A stretch of 64,000 bases of DNA from Candidatus Eiseniibacteriota bacterium (GCA_963783375.1 CAWANH010000028.1:896001-960000); one strand, 5' to 3'. Numbered from the stretch's first letter, positions 1 through 10,271 are shown. The notes: generated from the letters alone by a model not told the origin. Numbers and translations: made by a program.

Positions 1-1278
1 GCCGACCTCACCGTCTACGGCCGGATGCCGGACGAGGACGGGAACATGGTGGACCTCACCAAGGCGCGCTACAGCGCGTTCCAGGAGTCCCCGGACCGGC
101 GGGTGCGCGAGCAGTCCTGGAAGCTCTTCTACGCTCCCTACGAGGAGTTCGGCCACATGATGGCCAACAACATGGCCGGGAACGTGAAGTCCCACACCTT
201 CTACGCCAAGGCCCGCAAGTACGACTCCGCGCTCCAGGCCTCCCTCGATCGCAACGCCATCCCGACCGAGGTCTACACCAACCTGGTGAAGACGGTGCGG
301 GAGAACATCGATCCCCTCCACCGCTACGTCGCCCTTCGGAAGCGCATGTTGGGGGTGGACACCCTTCAGGTCTGGGACATGTCGGCGCCTCTGGTGACCG
401 GCACCGTGAAGGACATCCCCTTCGAGACCGCGGAGACAATGGTGGTCGACGGGTTGAAGCCCCTCGGGCCCGAGTATCTGACCCCGTTCCGGACCGCGTT
501 CAATTCGGGCTGGATCGACGTGTACGAGACGGCGGGGAAGCGCAGCGGGGCCTACTCGTGGGGGGACTACGACACCAAGCCCTACCTGCTCCTGAACTAC
601 AACGGGACCCTGGAGGACGTGTTCACCCTGGCCCACGAGATGGGCCACTCCATGCACTCCTACCTGACCCGGCACAACCAGCCCTACGTCTACGGCGACT
701 ACGCGACCTTCGTGGCCGAGGTGGCCTCGACCACCAACGAGGCGCTCCTCATCCACAAGATGCTGGGCGAGACCAGCGATCACCAGAAGCGGCTGGTTCT
801 CCTGAACCACTACCTGGAGCAGGTCCGGGGCACGTTCTTCACCCAGGTGATGTTCGCCGACTTCGAGCTCCAGATGCACGAGATGGTGGAGAGCGGGAAG
901 CCCCTGACCAAGGAGTCCCTGGACCAGCTCTACATCGACACCTACAAGACCTACTTCGGGCCCTCGGTGAACGTGGTGGATCTGAACGGGGCCACCTGGA
1001 GCCGGATCCCGCACTTCTACTACAACTTCTACGTCTACCAGTACGCCACCTCCTACGCCGCGGCCACCGCGCTCTCCGGGAAGATCCTCAAGGAAGGGCA
1101 GCCCGCGGTGGACAGGTACCTGGCCTACCTGAAGTCGGGGAGCAGCGACTACCCGATCAACGTGCTGAAGAAGGCGGGGGTGGACATGACCACGCCGCAG
1201 CCGATCGTGGACACCATCAACACCTTCTCCGACGTGCTGGACCAGATGGAAGCGGAGCTGAACAAGAGCGGGGAGTAG
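1..1278 (+). CDS. pepF: Oligoendopeptidase F (peptidase M3B), 5'-truncated by window edge
   Basis: HEMGH zinc motif, KRSGAYS, AEVAST and WSRIPHFY motifs. The frame is open from base 1. Confidence 0.93.
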   Translation, partial: ADLTVYGRMPDEDGNMVDLTKARYSAFQESPDRRVREQSWKLFYAPYEEFGHMMANNMAGNVKSHTFYAKARKYDSALQASLDRNAIPTEVYTNLVKTVRENIDPLHRYVALRKRMLGVDTLQVWDMSAPLVTGTVKDIPFETAETMVVDGLKPLGPEYLTPFRTAFNSGWIDVYETAGKRSGAYSWGDYDTKPYLLLNYNGTLEDVFTLAHEMGHSMHSYLTRHNQPYVYGDYATFVAEVASTTNEALLIHKMLGETSDHQKRLVLLNHYLEQVRGTFFTQVMFADFELQMHEMVESGKPLTKESLDQLYIDTYKTYFGPSVNVVDLNGATWSRIPHFYYNFYVYQYATSYAAATALSGKILKEGQPAVDRYLAYLKSGSSDYPINVLKKAGVDMTTPQPIVDTINTFSDVLDQMEAELNKSGE

Positions 1279-1295
1279 AGGCCGGGTGGGACCGG

Positions 1296-1334
1296 GCGCG
1301 CGGCCGAAGAGGCACCGCCCCTTCGGCCGCGCGC
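1296..1334. terminator. GC-rich hairpin between convergent genes, probable bidirectional terminator
   Basis: Perfect 14-bp stem GCGCGCGGCCGAAG / CTTCGGCCGCGCGC with an 11-nt loop and no U-tract. Confidence 0.55.
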
Positions 1335-1348
1335 GAAGGGCCGGGCTC

Positions 1349-2361
1349 CTACCTGGAGTCCACCCGGAGCGAGAGCGCGTAGGCCCGGATCATCCAGCCC
1401 AGCAGCCCCAGAGCGATCACGAAACACACCGCGAAGATCGCGAACACCGACCACTGGGGCCGGATCGGGATCGACGACGGGCTGAACACCCCGTCGAGCA
1501 CCACCAGGCGGAGAACGTGGCGGTTCAGGACCATGGCGAAGAGCGATGCCCCGAGCATCGTCCCGGATAGGACCCATCGCCGCTGGAAGAAGAAGTAGGC
1601 CGAGCCCAACGATAGAAGGATCGCCCCCAGGACCAGCCAGATCCCGGGTGAGCGCATGTAGGGGAGGAGGTGGTCGCCCAGGGTGGCGATGTAGGCCAGC
1701 CCCAGGAGCATGGTGAGCACCATGCCTCCCAGGAACGCGGTCCGGCCCATACGGAAGGCCGGCTCCTCGTTCCGGCCCACGAGGCCGATCATGAACCCGC
1801 CCACGGTGATCGCCCCCGACACCATGTGGAGCCAGCGGAACCCCCATAGCCCCACCGCCCCGTTCACCGCCCAGCCCGACGGGTTCCCGGCGTAGATGGC
1901 CCGGTAGAGGTCCGGCCGCTCGGTCATCGAGAAGACCGAGCTGTAGACCAGCGACACGTAGAGAAGCCCGAGGACGGCCACCCCCAGGAAGACCCCCGGC
2001 CTCCGGGCCGAGGCCGCGGCGTAGAACAGGTAGTAGGCCAGGATAGCCGCGGCGATGACCAGGAGCCACCACCAGGCGCTGGTGATCGACGCCGCGTAGA
2101 ACTGGCGGTGGTATGCGAGCTGGACGAAGAGAAGCGGGGCCACCCCCAGGGTCACGGCGCCGGCCATGACCGAGGGAAAGAGCCGCACGAACTTCCGGAT
2201 CGTCGGGCTCTCCCATTTCCCCGGCATCCGGCCGAAGAGCACCAGGATCACCCCCCCAGAACGAAGTTCATGGCGATCAGGTGGAGCCCCAGGGTCAGCA
2301 CGTGGAGCACGGTGATGAGCCACAGGGGCCCGGGAAGGAAGTTGTAGTCGGGCAAGCTCAC
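1349..2361 (-). CDS. CydA'-like integral membrane partner of the cytochrome bd-like oxidase (frameshift at G7 run 2251-2257)
   Basis: GTG at 2361 overlaps the upstream stop (GTGA). N-terminus VSLPDYNFLPGPLWLITVLHVLTLGLHLIAMNFVLGG is in one frame; the multi-TM body (RWLHMVSG, MVLNRH) continues in another. One extra G joins them. Confidence 0.7.
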
Positions 2362-3872
2362 TTTGCGCCACCTTCCGCCGGTAGGGACACCAGGTACTCG
2401 ATCAGCGCCTCGCGTTCGGCGGGGTCGCCGGTGAAGGCGGGCATCTCGGGGGCGATGTCCCCGGCCATGTCCAGGATGTCGCCCAGGTCGGCGGCGGAGA
2501 CCCCCACCAGGGAGGCCGACTTGTCGTTGTAGCCGCCGATCTCGTGGCAGCGCCCGCAGCGGATCCCGTAGACCTTTCGCCCCAGCGCGACCCCGCTCAG
2601 CCCGTAGACGTCCTCGAACGGCCGGTGGTCGACCTGGGTCCAGATCGTGTCGGCGATCAGGCGCGCCTCCTCGTCGGTGCCCAGGAACGGCGGCATGTTT
2701 CCCTTCATCGCGCTCGTCCCCTTCACCAGCCCGGCGATGAACGCCGCGTCGGTCCCGTCGAAGGCGGGATGCAGCGCCCGGTAGCCGTCCACGGTGTGAC
2801 AGCTCCGGCAGGCGTGGCGGAAGAGGTCCGCCCCGTCGTTTCCGGTCCGGAACTCGATGTGGGCGAGAAGCCCGTCGGTCCGGTAGGCGTCCGCCTTCGA
2901 GACCTCGGTGGCGTTTCCGTACATGAAGCCGCTGATGACGTAGGGCTTGCGGATCGACTCCCGCATCCACTCGAACCGGCTGAAGTAGCCCAGCGCCAGG
3001 ACCAGGATCACCCCGGCGACGACCGGGTGGAGCCGTTTGGGGAAGAGGAGGCCGAACACCACCAGCATGGCGGCCAGGGCCGCCGCCCACCACAGGGACG
3101 CGCCCAGGTCGGCCACCGGACCGGGCATGGCGGCCAGGGCCTCGGTGGTGATCGCGGTGGGAATCGCCTTCCAGTACCAGGCGAAGGACGGGGCCATGAT
3201 CAGGAGCCCGCCCAGGGCCCAGCCCGCGTTCGATCGCACCAGCCGCTGCTTGAGCTCCCCGGGCCGGCAGGTGGAGGCGACGAGGGCGGCGAAGACCCCG
3301 GCCAGCATGACGCAGACCCCGGTCCGGAACACCAGCGACGGCCAGTAGGTGGGATTGAAGAACCCGTCCCAGAACCCTCCGGTCTGGAGCCAGCGCCCCG
3401 GGGTGAGCATGAAGGCCACGATGCCGTTGATGACCACCAGGGAGAGCCAAGCCGCGCCGAAGTAGATCCATCCCACCGCCAGGTGGCGGCGGGCGGACAG
3501 GGTTCGCCAGCCGTAGTAGTAGATGAGGGCGGCGGCGATCTCGACCAGGAAGAAGGTCCACTCGATGGCCCAGCCCCAGACGAAGTTGTGGATCAGGACC
3601 TCGGTGGCCGCCGGGTTCAGGAGCCCGATGATGAACCAGATCCCCACCCCGGTCAGCGCCCCCAGAACCAGCGTGGTCAGCGCGAAGAACTTGCTCAACC
3701 GCCGGAGGAACTCCAGCCGGTTCTCGTCCGCCTTCCGGCGGGCCCGGGTTTCCATCACCACCAGGTAGAGGCCGCCGCCGATGGCGAAGTGGGAGATGAA
3801 GACATGAAGGACGGCGATGGTTCCCATCAACGCGCCGTACCCGATCCCGACGTCCCAGAACGGATAACCCAT
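2358..3872 (-). CDS. Cytochrome bd-type oxidase subunit I-like protein fused to a dihaem cytochrome c
   Basis: CydA-like motifs HVFISHFAIGGG, WAIEWTFFLVE, EWMRESIRKPY; many TM helices; C-terminal CRSCH and CGRCH, each followed by an MP motif. Confidence 0.8.
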   Translation of the reverse strand: MGYPFWDVGIGYGALMGTIAVLHVFISHFAIGGGLYLVVMETRARRKADENRLEFLRRLSKFFALTTLVLGALTGVGIWFIIGLLNPAATEVLIHNFVWGWAIEWTFFLVEIAAALIYYYGWRTLSARRHLAVGWIYFGAAWLSLVVINGIVAFMLTPGRWLQTGGFWDGFFNPTYWPSLVFRTGVCVMLAGVFAALVASTCRPGELKQRLVRSNAGWALGGLLIMAPSFAWYWKAIPTAITTEALAAMPGPVADLGASLWWAAALAAMLVVFGLLFPKRLHPVVAGVILVLALGYFSRFEWMRESIRKPYVISGFMYGNATEVSKADAYRTDGLLAHIEFRTGNDGADLFRHACRSCHTVDGYRALHPAFDGTDAAFIAGLVKGTSAMKGNMPPFLGTDEEARLIADTIWTQVDHRPFEDVYGLSGVALGRKVYGIRCGRCHEIGGYNDKSASLVGVSAADLGDILDMAGDIAPEMPAFTGDPAEREALIEYLVSLPAEGGAK

Positions 3873-4033
3873 GCGGACCTCCCCTCACGATTCAAGACCG
3901 TTGATGCCGCCGAGCAATTTCATAGCACAGGTTCCCCGGACCGTCTGTACCTTCTAAAATCGATGAGGCTTATCCGGTATCGCCGGGCCGCAGGTGTTAA
4001 TCTCACCCCCCCGCAACCCATCTGGAGAAACTC

Positions 4034-6130
4034 ATGGCGCGGATGTTCCCCGACACCCTGGACGGCAGGAACCCCACCCCCGGGGAAGCCCGGGTCTTTG
4101 CCCACCTGAAGCGTGTCCTTCCCGGCTCCGAACACTGGGCGTGGTACGAACCCACCCTGCGGGTGAAGCGCGGGAAGTCGCCCGAGCCCGACTTCGTCCT
4201 GGTGGGACCGGGCTACGGGGTGATGGTGCTCGAGGTCAAGGACTGGGGTCGGGGGGCGGTGCGGGGCGCCGACGCCTCGACCATGACGGTGCGTGAGGCC
4301 GGGGGGCGCGAGGAGCGCCATACCCATCCCTTGAAGCAGGCCCAGCGCGCGGCCTACGCCCTGAAGGAGCGCTTCGAGAGCGTGCCCGGGCTCACCCACC
4401 CCGCCGGGAAGTACCAGGGGAAGAGCGTCGTGCCGGTGAACTGGGGGGTGGTCTACCCGAACCTCCGGCGCCGCGACCTGGACGAGATGGAGCGGCGGGG
4501 AGTGCCGGTGCGGGTGGAGAGCTGCCTGGCCGCCGAGGACCTGGAACGGGACGACGAGGAGGGGACGCGGCGACTCCTGGGCGCGCTCGAGCGGATGGCC
4601 GGGGTGGCCTTCGCGTTCACCCTCGACGACCCGCTCCGCGACCGGATCCGGACCGCGATCGAACCCCAGCTCCACTTCTTCGATTTCCGCGAGCCGGGGG
4701 CGCCGAAACCGCCCTCGTCCTCCCCGGCGCCTCCGTCCGCCTCCCCCGAGGCCTCGGAGGGACGGACCGAAGCGCCGCGGGTGACCCGGGCCCCGCTCCC
4801 CGAACTCTACGGCCACTGGCTCGACCGCAAGCAGGAGCGAATGGCCCGGGAGCTGGCCTCGCCCCGCACCCTGGTCTACGGCCCGGCGGGTTGCGGGAAG
4901 ACGGTCTTCCTGACCGCGCGCGCCCAGTACTGGCTCGACCGCCGCCCCGAGTCCCGCGTGCTCTTCACCTGCTACAACGCGAGCCTGGCTTCGCACCTCC
5001 GGAACGTCTTCGCCCTGAAGGGGCTTCCCCCCGACGGGGAGCGGTTGACCGTGCTCCACTATCACGATCTGTGCGGCCACATTCTCGGCCGCGACGACAT
5101 CCACGAGCGGCCCGAGGGTTTCTACGCCACGTTGGAGCCCAAGGTGCTCCAGGAGCTGGCCCGCCGGGACGACGTTCCGGCCTACGACCTGATCCTGGTG
5201 GACGAGGGCCAGGACTTCACCCGCCGCATGCTCGAGGTGCTGGTGCGGCTGGCCGCGCCGGGAGGCGAGATCACCGTGGTGTGCGATCCCGCCCAGGACA
5301 TCTACGGGCGCTGGAGCGAGGACAACCTCGCCCCCTTCCGGAGCCACGGAACCGAGCGGCTGGTGGACTGCTATCGGAACACCGCGCCGATCTTCGCCCT
5401 GGCCCTGGCCGTGCTTTCCCCGGAGACCCGGGCCGCGATGGGCCTGGAGCGGTTGGAGCTGACCAAGCCCCAGGACCTGGGGCGGGACGGGCCGGCTCCG
5501 GAGCTGGTCGCCCTGGACGGGCTCGACGCCCTGGTGTCGGTGATCCACGAGGCGGTGCGGGAGTTCGACCGCGAGGGACGTGACCTCTCCGAGTTGGCCG
5601 TGCTCTATCCCGGGCGCGAGTCGATCCCGAACTTCCCCGGCAGGCTCGGGCACTCCAGGTGGGTGGCCGCCGGCGACCCGCGGTTCACGATCGAGTCCGA
5701 CGCCGGGGAACCGGCCGCGGACCCCACCCAGGGCACCCTGGTTCCCGACGACGATCGGGACGGGGCGGCGGCCGCGGCGCGGCCGCACTTCGCCGAGGCC
5801 CTGGAGGCGGAGCTCCTGGCCCGGAACGTGCCGGTGGAGTGGATGGCCCGGGATTTCGCCTCGAAGGCGGCCTACGACATCTCCCGGTCGCGCCTCACCC
5901 TGTCCACCATCCACAGCGCCAAGGGGATGGACTTCCACACCGTGATCCTCCTCGGAGCCGAGAGCCTCTCCACCCGCCCGGGCCGGGACCGGGAGCGCTC
6001 GGCGGCGCTCCTCTTCACCGGGGTGACCCGGGCCCGGGAACGGCTGGTGCTTCCGTACTTCCTGGACCGGGGCTGGGTGCCGGAGATCCGCGAGCGCCTG
6101 GACGCGATCGAGGAGGACGTGGGGGCATGA
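4034..6130 (+). CDS. NERD nuclease + UvrD-like SF1 helicase (Nhi-like architecture)
   Basis: N-terminal EPDFVLV...VLEVKDW (NERD); Walker A GPAGCGKT; DEGQD; CDPAQDIY; YRNT; TIHSAKGMDF; GVTRARE. Confidence 0.85.
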   Translation: MARMFPDTLDGRNPTPGEARVFAHLKRVLPGSEHWAWYEPTLRVKRGKSPEPDFVLVGPGYGVMVLEVKDWGRGAVRGADASTMTVREAGGREERHTHPLKQAQRAAYALKERFESVPGLTHPAGKYQGKSVVPVNWGVVYPNLRRRDLDEMERRGVPVRVESCLAAEDLERDDEEGTRRLLGALERMAGVAFAFTLDDPLRDRIRTAIEPQLHFFDFREPGAPKPPSSSPAPPSASPEASEGRTEAPRVTRAPLPELYGHWLDRKQERMARELASPRTLVYGPAGCGKTVFLTARAQYWLDRRPESRVLFTCYNASLASHLRNVFALKGLPPDGERLTVLHYHDLCGHILGRDDIHERPEGFYATLEPKVLQELARRDDVPAYDLILVDEGQDFTRRMLEVLVRLAAPGGEITVVCDPAQDIYGRWSEDNLAPFRSHGTERLVDCYRNTAPIFALALAVLSPETRAAMGLERLELTKPQDLGRDGPAPELVALDGLDALVSVIHEAVREFDREGRDLSELAVLYPGRESIPNFPGRLGHSRWVAAGDPRFTIESDAGEPAADPTQGTLVPDDDRDGAAAAARPHFAEALEAELLARNVPVEWMARDFASKAAYDISRSRLTLSTIHSAKGMDFHTVILLGAESLSTRPGRDRERSAALLFTGVTRARERLVLPYFLDRGWVPEIRERLDAIEEDVGA

Positions 6131-6537
6131 GGTTCGCGGTGGCGGGTCTGGTCCTGGCGCTCGCGTTCTGTGGCTGCGTCGGAGCCTCGGAGGAGGGGGC
6201 GTACCGGGGAGCGGTGCCGGTGGTGGGGACGGAGGCGCTTCGGACGGAACTCGACGCTCCGGACCCCCCCATGCTGCTCGACGTCCGCACCCCCGGCGAG
6301 TACGGCGAGGGACACATCCCCGGCGCGGTGCTGGTCCCCATCTATTCGCTTTCGGAGAAGCTCTACGGCCTTCGCCGCTACACCCACCGCCGCATCGTGA
6401 CCTATTGCGAGATCGGGGCGCGAAGCGAAGCCGCGGCGCGCATTTTGATCGGCGAGGGCTTCGACCACGTGGAGAACTACCGGGCGGGGATGGCCGAGTG
6501 GCGGCGGATGGAGCCGGTGGAGCGGGGGGGACCGTGA
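6127..6537 (+). CDS. Rhodanese-like domain lipoprotein
   Basis: ATG at 6127 overlaps the helicase stop (ATGA). Signal peptide with Cys (FCGC); LDVRTPGEY..GHIPGA; active-site loop CEIGAR. Confidence 0.85.
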   Translation: MRFAVAGLVLALAFCGCVGASEEGAYRGAVPVVGTEALRTELDAPDPPMLLDVRTPGEYGEGHIPGAVLVPIYSLSEKLYGLRRYTHRRIVTYCEIGARSEAAARILIGEGFDHVENYRAGMAEWRRMEPVERGGP

Positions 6538-6619
6538 GGCGCCGGGGGTTCGTGGTGAGCGCGGGTCGTGCGGCCTCGGCGGCGAGGATGCCGGTGGCGG
6601 GCCGCGACGCACCGCGGGT

Positions 6620-7396
6620 CTAGCGGAACGCCCAGATCTCGACCTTCCGGTCCGGCGAGAGGATCACGAACTGCTCCTCGGATCCCGCCGAGTACTCCGC
6701 CCCCAGGGAGAGCGCCTTCATCCGGGACCGGGGCACCCCGTGGGCGGCGAGCACCGCCTCGGCCGCCTGGGCCCGGGCGAGCGCCAGGGCCCGGGCCCGC
6801 CCGCGCTCCGCGAACCCGTCCGCGTGCCCCACCACCAGGAGGAAGGTCCCGGGGTGTTGCCGCCAGGCGTCCACCGCCGAAACCAGGGTTCCCCGGGCCT
6901 CGGCATCGACGGCGGCGGAGTTCCGCTGGAAGGTGAAGGTCCGGAGCAGGCCGGTCAGCCGGCGGCCGGTGGGGACCGGCGGGTACTCGACGTAGGGCCA
7001 GCCGTCCCGCGAGGGCTGGGCCAGGCGGCTCCAGGGGAGGTACCGGAAGGGGAGCCCGGCCAGGCGGGGGGCCGCCGGGGTGACCGATCCACCCGCCGGG
7101 GCTTCCGCCGTCGTGGCCGTCGGCCCGGGCAAGCGCCCGTCCGCGGGAGTCCCGAGCGGCCGGGGTGCCGTGCCCGCGGCGCCCACGGCCAAAAGGACCC
7201 AGAGCGCCCGGCCCAGGGCGAGCCCGGCCCGCCGGATGCCGCCGTCTCGCTGGATCAACCCGCGTCCTCCTCCCGGGGTCCCATCCCCCGAGCTCCGAGA
7301 ATACAAGACTCCGGCCTCCATCATCGGCCGGCGGGCGCGGGGATTGACGCGATCGGGGCTCGGCCGGGGGGGCTCGGGGGAAACCGCTCGGGCCAC
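6620..7396 (-). CDS. OmpA-like C-terminal (peptidoglycan-binding) domain protein; start uncertain
   Basis: F..NSA....VVGHAD...ALALARA..A...L...GV...RM...SLG....DRKVEI pattern, preceded by a hydrophobic segment. Confidence 0.7.
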   Translation of the reverse strand: MARAVSPEPPRPSPDRVNPRARRPMMEAGVLYSRSSGDGTPGGGRGLIQRDGGIRRAGLALGRALWVLLAVGAAGTAPRPLGTPADGRLPGPTATTAEAPAGGSVTPAAPRLAGLPFRYLPWSRLAQPSRDGWPYVEYPPVPTGRRLTGLLRTFTFQRNSAAVDAEARGTLVSAVDAWRQHPGTFLLVVGHADGFAERGRARALALARAQAAEAVLAAHGVPRSRMKALSLGAEYSAGSEEQFVILSPDRKVEIWAFR

Positions 7397-7402
7397 CGCC
7401 GC

Positions 7403-8164
7403 CTATTCCGGCGGGAGGTCCTGGTAGAGGGCGTCGGCGATCGCCTCCGGGCGGTTGGTGACCACCGCGGTCACCCCGAGCCGGACCAGCCGCGAGGCCT
7501 CGGCAGGATCGTCCACGGTCCACGTGTTGACCTGGAGCCCCCGCTCCCCCGCCCGCTTCATGAGCTTCGGGTCCACCAGGTCGTGGCGGGGATGGATCGC
7601 GACCAGGTTCTCCACGATCTCCTCCTCCTCGAGGTGGTTCAGGTCCTTCATGGACGTGAAGAGAAACGCCAGGAGCACCGAGGCGTCGCGTCGCCGGATG
7701 GCCGCCAGGGCCTCCGGGTCGAAGGAGGAGACCAGCACCGATTCCCGGGGCCGGACCGGCTTCAGCGCGTCCAGGAGCCGGTCGGCCACCGACCCGTGCC
7801 GGCCGGGACCCGGCGGCTTCACCTCCACGTTCAGGAGGCACCGGCCGCGGAGCGATTCCAGCACGTCCTCCAGCCGGAAGACCCGGTACGGGCCGGCCGA
7901 AGACGAAAACGTCTCCCCCTCGATCCGGTCCCACTCGGTGCGTTCCAGGACCAGGGACCCGGCCGCGCCGTCCACCGAACCGTCGTGGTGGACCACCAGC
8001 GCGCCGTCGGCGGTCATCCGAACGTCCATCTCGACCCCGTCGCACCCGGCCTCCAGGGCGGCCTCGAAGGCGGGGGGGGTGTTCTCGCGGGCGGCGGCGG
8101 GGTAGCCCCGGTGCCCGATCAGAAACGGGCCGTGAAGACGAATCCAGGAGAGAATGTCGGACAT
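7403..8164 (-). CDS. Glycerophosphodiester phosphodiesterase
   Basis: IGHRG...ENT..AF, VEMDVRMTADG.LVVHHD, NVEVK, VSSFD, WTVDD motifs. Confidence 0.92.
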   Translation of the reverse strand: MSDILSWIRLHGPFLIGHRGYPAAARENTPPAFEAALEAGCDGVEMDVRMTADGALVVHHDGSVDGAAGSLVLERTEWDRIEGETFSSSAGPYRVFRLEDVLESLRGRCLLNVEVKPPGPGRHGSVADRLLDALKPVRPRESVLVSSFDPEALAAIRRRDASVLLAFLFTSMKDLNHLEEEEIVENLVAIHPRHDLVDPKLMKRAGERGLQVNTWTVDDPAEASRLVRLGVTAVVTNRPEAIADALYQDLPPE

Positions 8165-8350
8165 GGCGGGTATTCCCTATGGCCCGGGCGGGCCGGGACC
8201 CCCGAACGCCGGTGATCGGCCGGTTCGAGGGGCGCCGGAACAGCGCCCGCGGAGCCATGGTATCATCCGTGGTCCCCGTCCTTTTCGGCAAGCGATGATG
8301 GGCGGTCCCCTCGTCCGAAACACTCAATCCACCCCTGAAAGAGGACCTCC

Positions 8351-9364
8351 ATGGCAGAAACGGAAACCCGGAACCTGGAAGCGCTGGAAGAGCTCGCCCA
8401 AGGCCATCGCCGCATCCTGGACGAGCTCCGGAAGGTCATCGTGGGTCAGGACCAGGTCATCGACGAGCTCCTGACCGCCCTCTTCGCCAACGGACACTGC
8501 CTTCTGGTGGGGGTGCCGGGCCTGGCCAAGACCCTCCTCATCCACAGCCTGGCCGACGTCCTGGACCTCAAGTTCAGCCGGATCCAGTTCACCCCCGACC
8601 TCATGCCCTCGGACATCACCGGCACCGAGATCCTGGAAGAGGACCGCACCACCGGGAAGCGGGCGTTCAAGTTCGTCCAGGGCCCCATCTTCGCCAACGT
8701 GGTCCTGGCCGACGAGATCAACCGCACGCCTCCCAAGACCCAGGCCGCGCTCCTCCAGGCCATGCAGGAGCGCCAGGTCACCGCGGGGGGGCAGACCTGG
8801 GACCTGGTGCCGCCCTTCTTCGTGCTGGCCACCCAGAACCCGATCGAGCAGGAGGGGACCTATCCGCTCCCCGAGGCCCAGCTCGATCGGTTCATGTTCA
8901 ACGTCCAGGTGGGCTACCCCTCCGCGGACGAGGAAGTGGCGATCGTGAACCGCACCACCGGCGGCGAGCGGGCGGAGCTCCGGCAGGTCCTCACCGGCGA
9001 GGACATCAACCGCTTCCAGGCCCTGGTGCGGCGGGTGCCCGCATCCCCCTTCGTGGTGGAGTACGCGGTGCGGCTCGCCCGGGCCACGCGTCCCACCGAG
9101 ACCGGGGGCGAGATCGAGTCGATCAAGCAGTACGTGAGCTGGGGAGCGGGCCCGCGGGCCAGCCAGTACCTCATCCTGGGGGCCAAGACCTGGGCCGCCC
9201 TGAACGGCTCCATGGCCCCGTCCTGCGACGACGTCCGCCGGGTGGCGCGGCCGGTGCTCCGCCACCGCGTGGTCACCAACTTCAGCGCCGAGGCGGAAGG
9301 GGTGAGCACCGAGGACATCATCGACAAGCTCCTGGCCGCGGTTCCCGAGTCTCCGGGGAAGTAG
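8351..9364 (+). CDS. moxR: MoxR family AAA+ ATPase
   Basis: GVPGLAKT, RIQFTPDLMPSD, LADEINR, ATQNPIEQEGTYPLPEAQLDRF. Confidence 0.95.
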   Translation: MAETETRNLEALEELAQGHRRILDELRKVIVGQDQVIDELLTALFANGHCLLVGVPGLAKTLLIHSLADVLDLKFSRIQFTPDLMPSDITGTEILEEDRTTGKRAFKFVQGPIFANVVLADEINRTPPKTQAALLQAMQERQVTAGGQTWDLVPPFFVLATQNPIEQEGTYPLPEAQLDRFMFNVQVGYPSADEEVAIVNRTTGGERAELRQVLTGEDINRFQALVRRVPASPFVVEYAVRLARATRPTETGGEIESIKQYVSWGAGPRASQYLILGAKTWAALNGSMAPSCDDVRRVARPVLRHRVVTNFSAEAEGVSTEDIIDKLLAAVPESPGK

Positions 9365-9371
9365 CCCGCTC

Positions 9372-10271
9372 ATGTCCGACTCCGCCCTCCAGTACCTCGA
9401 CCCCCAGATCCTCTCCAAGGTTCGCGGCCTGGACCTGATCGCCCGGCTGGTGGTGGAGGGGTTCATGACCGGGCTCCACAAGAGCCCCTACCACGGGTTC
9501 AGCGTGGAGTTCGCCGAGCACCGCCAGTACATGCCCGGCGACCCGTTCAAGCACGTGGACTGGAAGCTCTACGGGAAGAGCGACCGGTTCTACGTGAAGA
9601 TCTACGAGGAGGAGACCAACCTCCGCTCCCATCTCCTGGTGGACGCCAGCGCCAGCATGGGCTACGCCTCCCCCGGAAGGCTCACCAAGTTCCAGTACGC
9701 CTCGTTCCTGGCCGCCGCCCTGGCCTACATGATGTTCGCCCAGCAGGACGCGGTGGGGCTCCTCACCTTCCGGGACACGGTGGACCGGCTCATCCCCCCG
9801 CGCTCCAGCAAGGGTCACCTGAAGCTGATCCTGAACCAGCTCGAGCGGACCCGACCCGGGTCGACCACCGCCATGGGCAACGCCCTGGAGTACCTGGCCG
9901 AGCGGATCAAGCGGCGCGGTCTGATTCTCCTGTTCTCCGACCTGATGGACGACCCCCAGAAGGTCATCCGTGGTCTCAAGCACTTCCGCCACCGCCAGCA
10001 CGAGGTGGTCGTGTTCCACGTGCTCGACCCCTACGAGATCGAGTTCCCCTTCCGCCAGGAGGCGGGGTTCGTGGACGTGGAAACCGGGCGAGAGCTCATG
10101 ACCCAGCCCTGGGAGGTGGCCCCGGACTACAAGCGGCGCTTCGAGGCGTGGAGCCTGGCCTACCAGCGGGCCTGCCTCGAGAACCGCATCGAGTACGTGC
10201 GCCTCTCCACCGACACCCCCTACGACGTCGCCCTGCTTCGCTATCTGGAGAAGCGGAAGACGCTGTACTGA
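9372..10271 (+). CDS. DUF58 (VWA-like) protein
   Basis: GLHKSPYHGFSVEFAEHRQY.PGD...VDWK, YEEETN, DASASM; directly follows moxR. Confidence 0.93.
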   Translation: MSDSALQYLDPQILSKVRGLDLIARLVVEGFMTGLHKSPYHGFSVEFAEHRQYMPGDPFKHVDWKLYGKSDRFYVKIYEEETNLRSHLLVDASASMGYASPGRLTKFQYASFLAAALAYMMFAQQDAVGLLTFRDTVDRLIPPRSSKGHLKLILNQLERTRPGSTTAMGNALEYLAERIKRRGLILLFSDLMDDPQKVIRGLKHFRHRQHEVVVFHVLDPYEIEFPFRQEAGFVDVETGRELMTQPWEVAPDYKRRFEAWSLAYQRACLENRIEYVRLSTDTPYDVALLRYLEKRKTLY

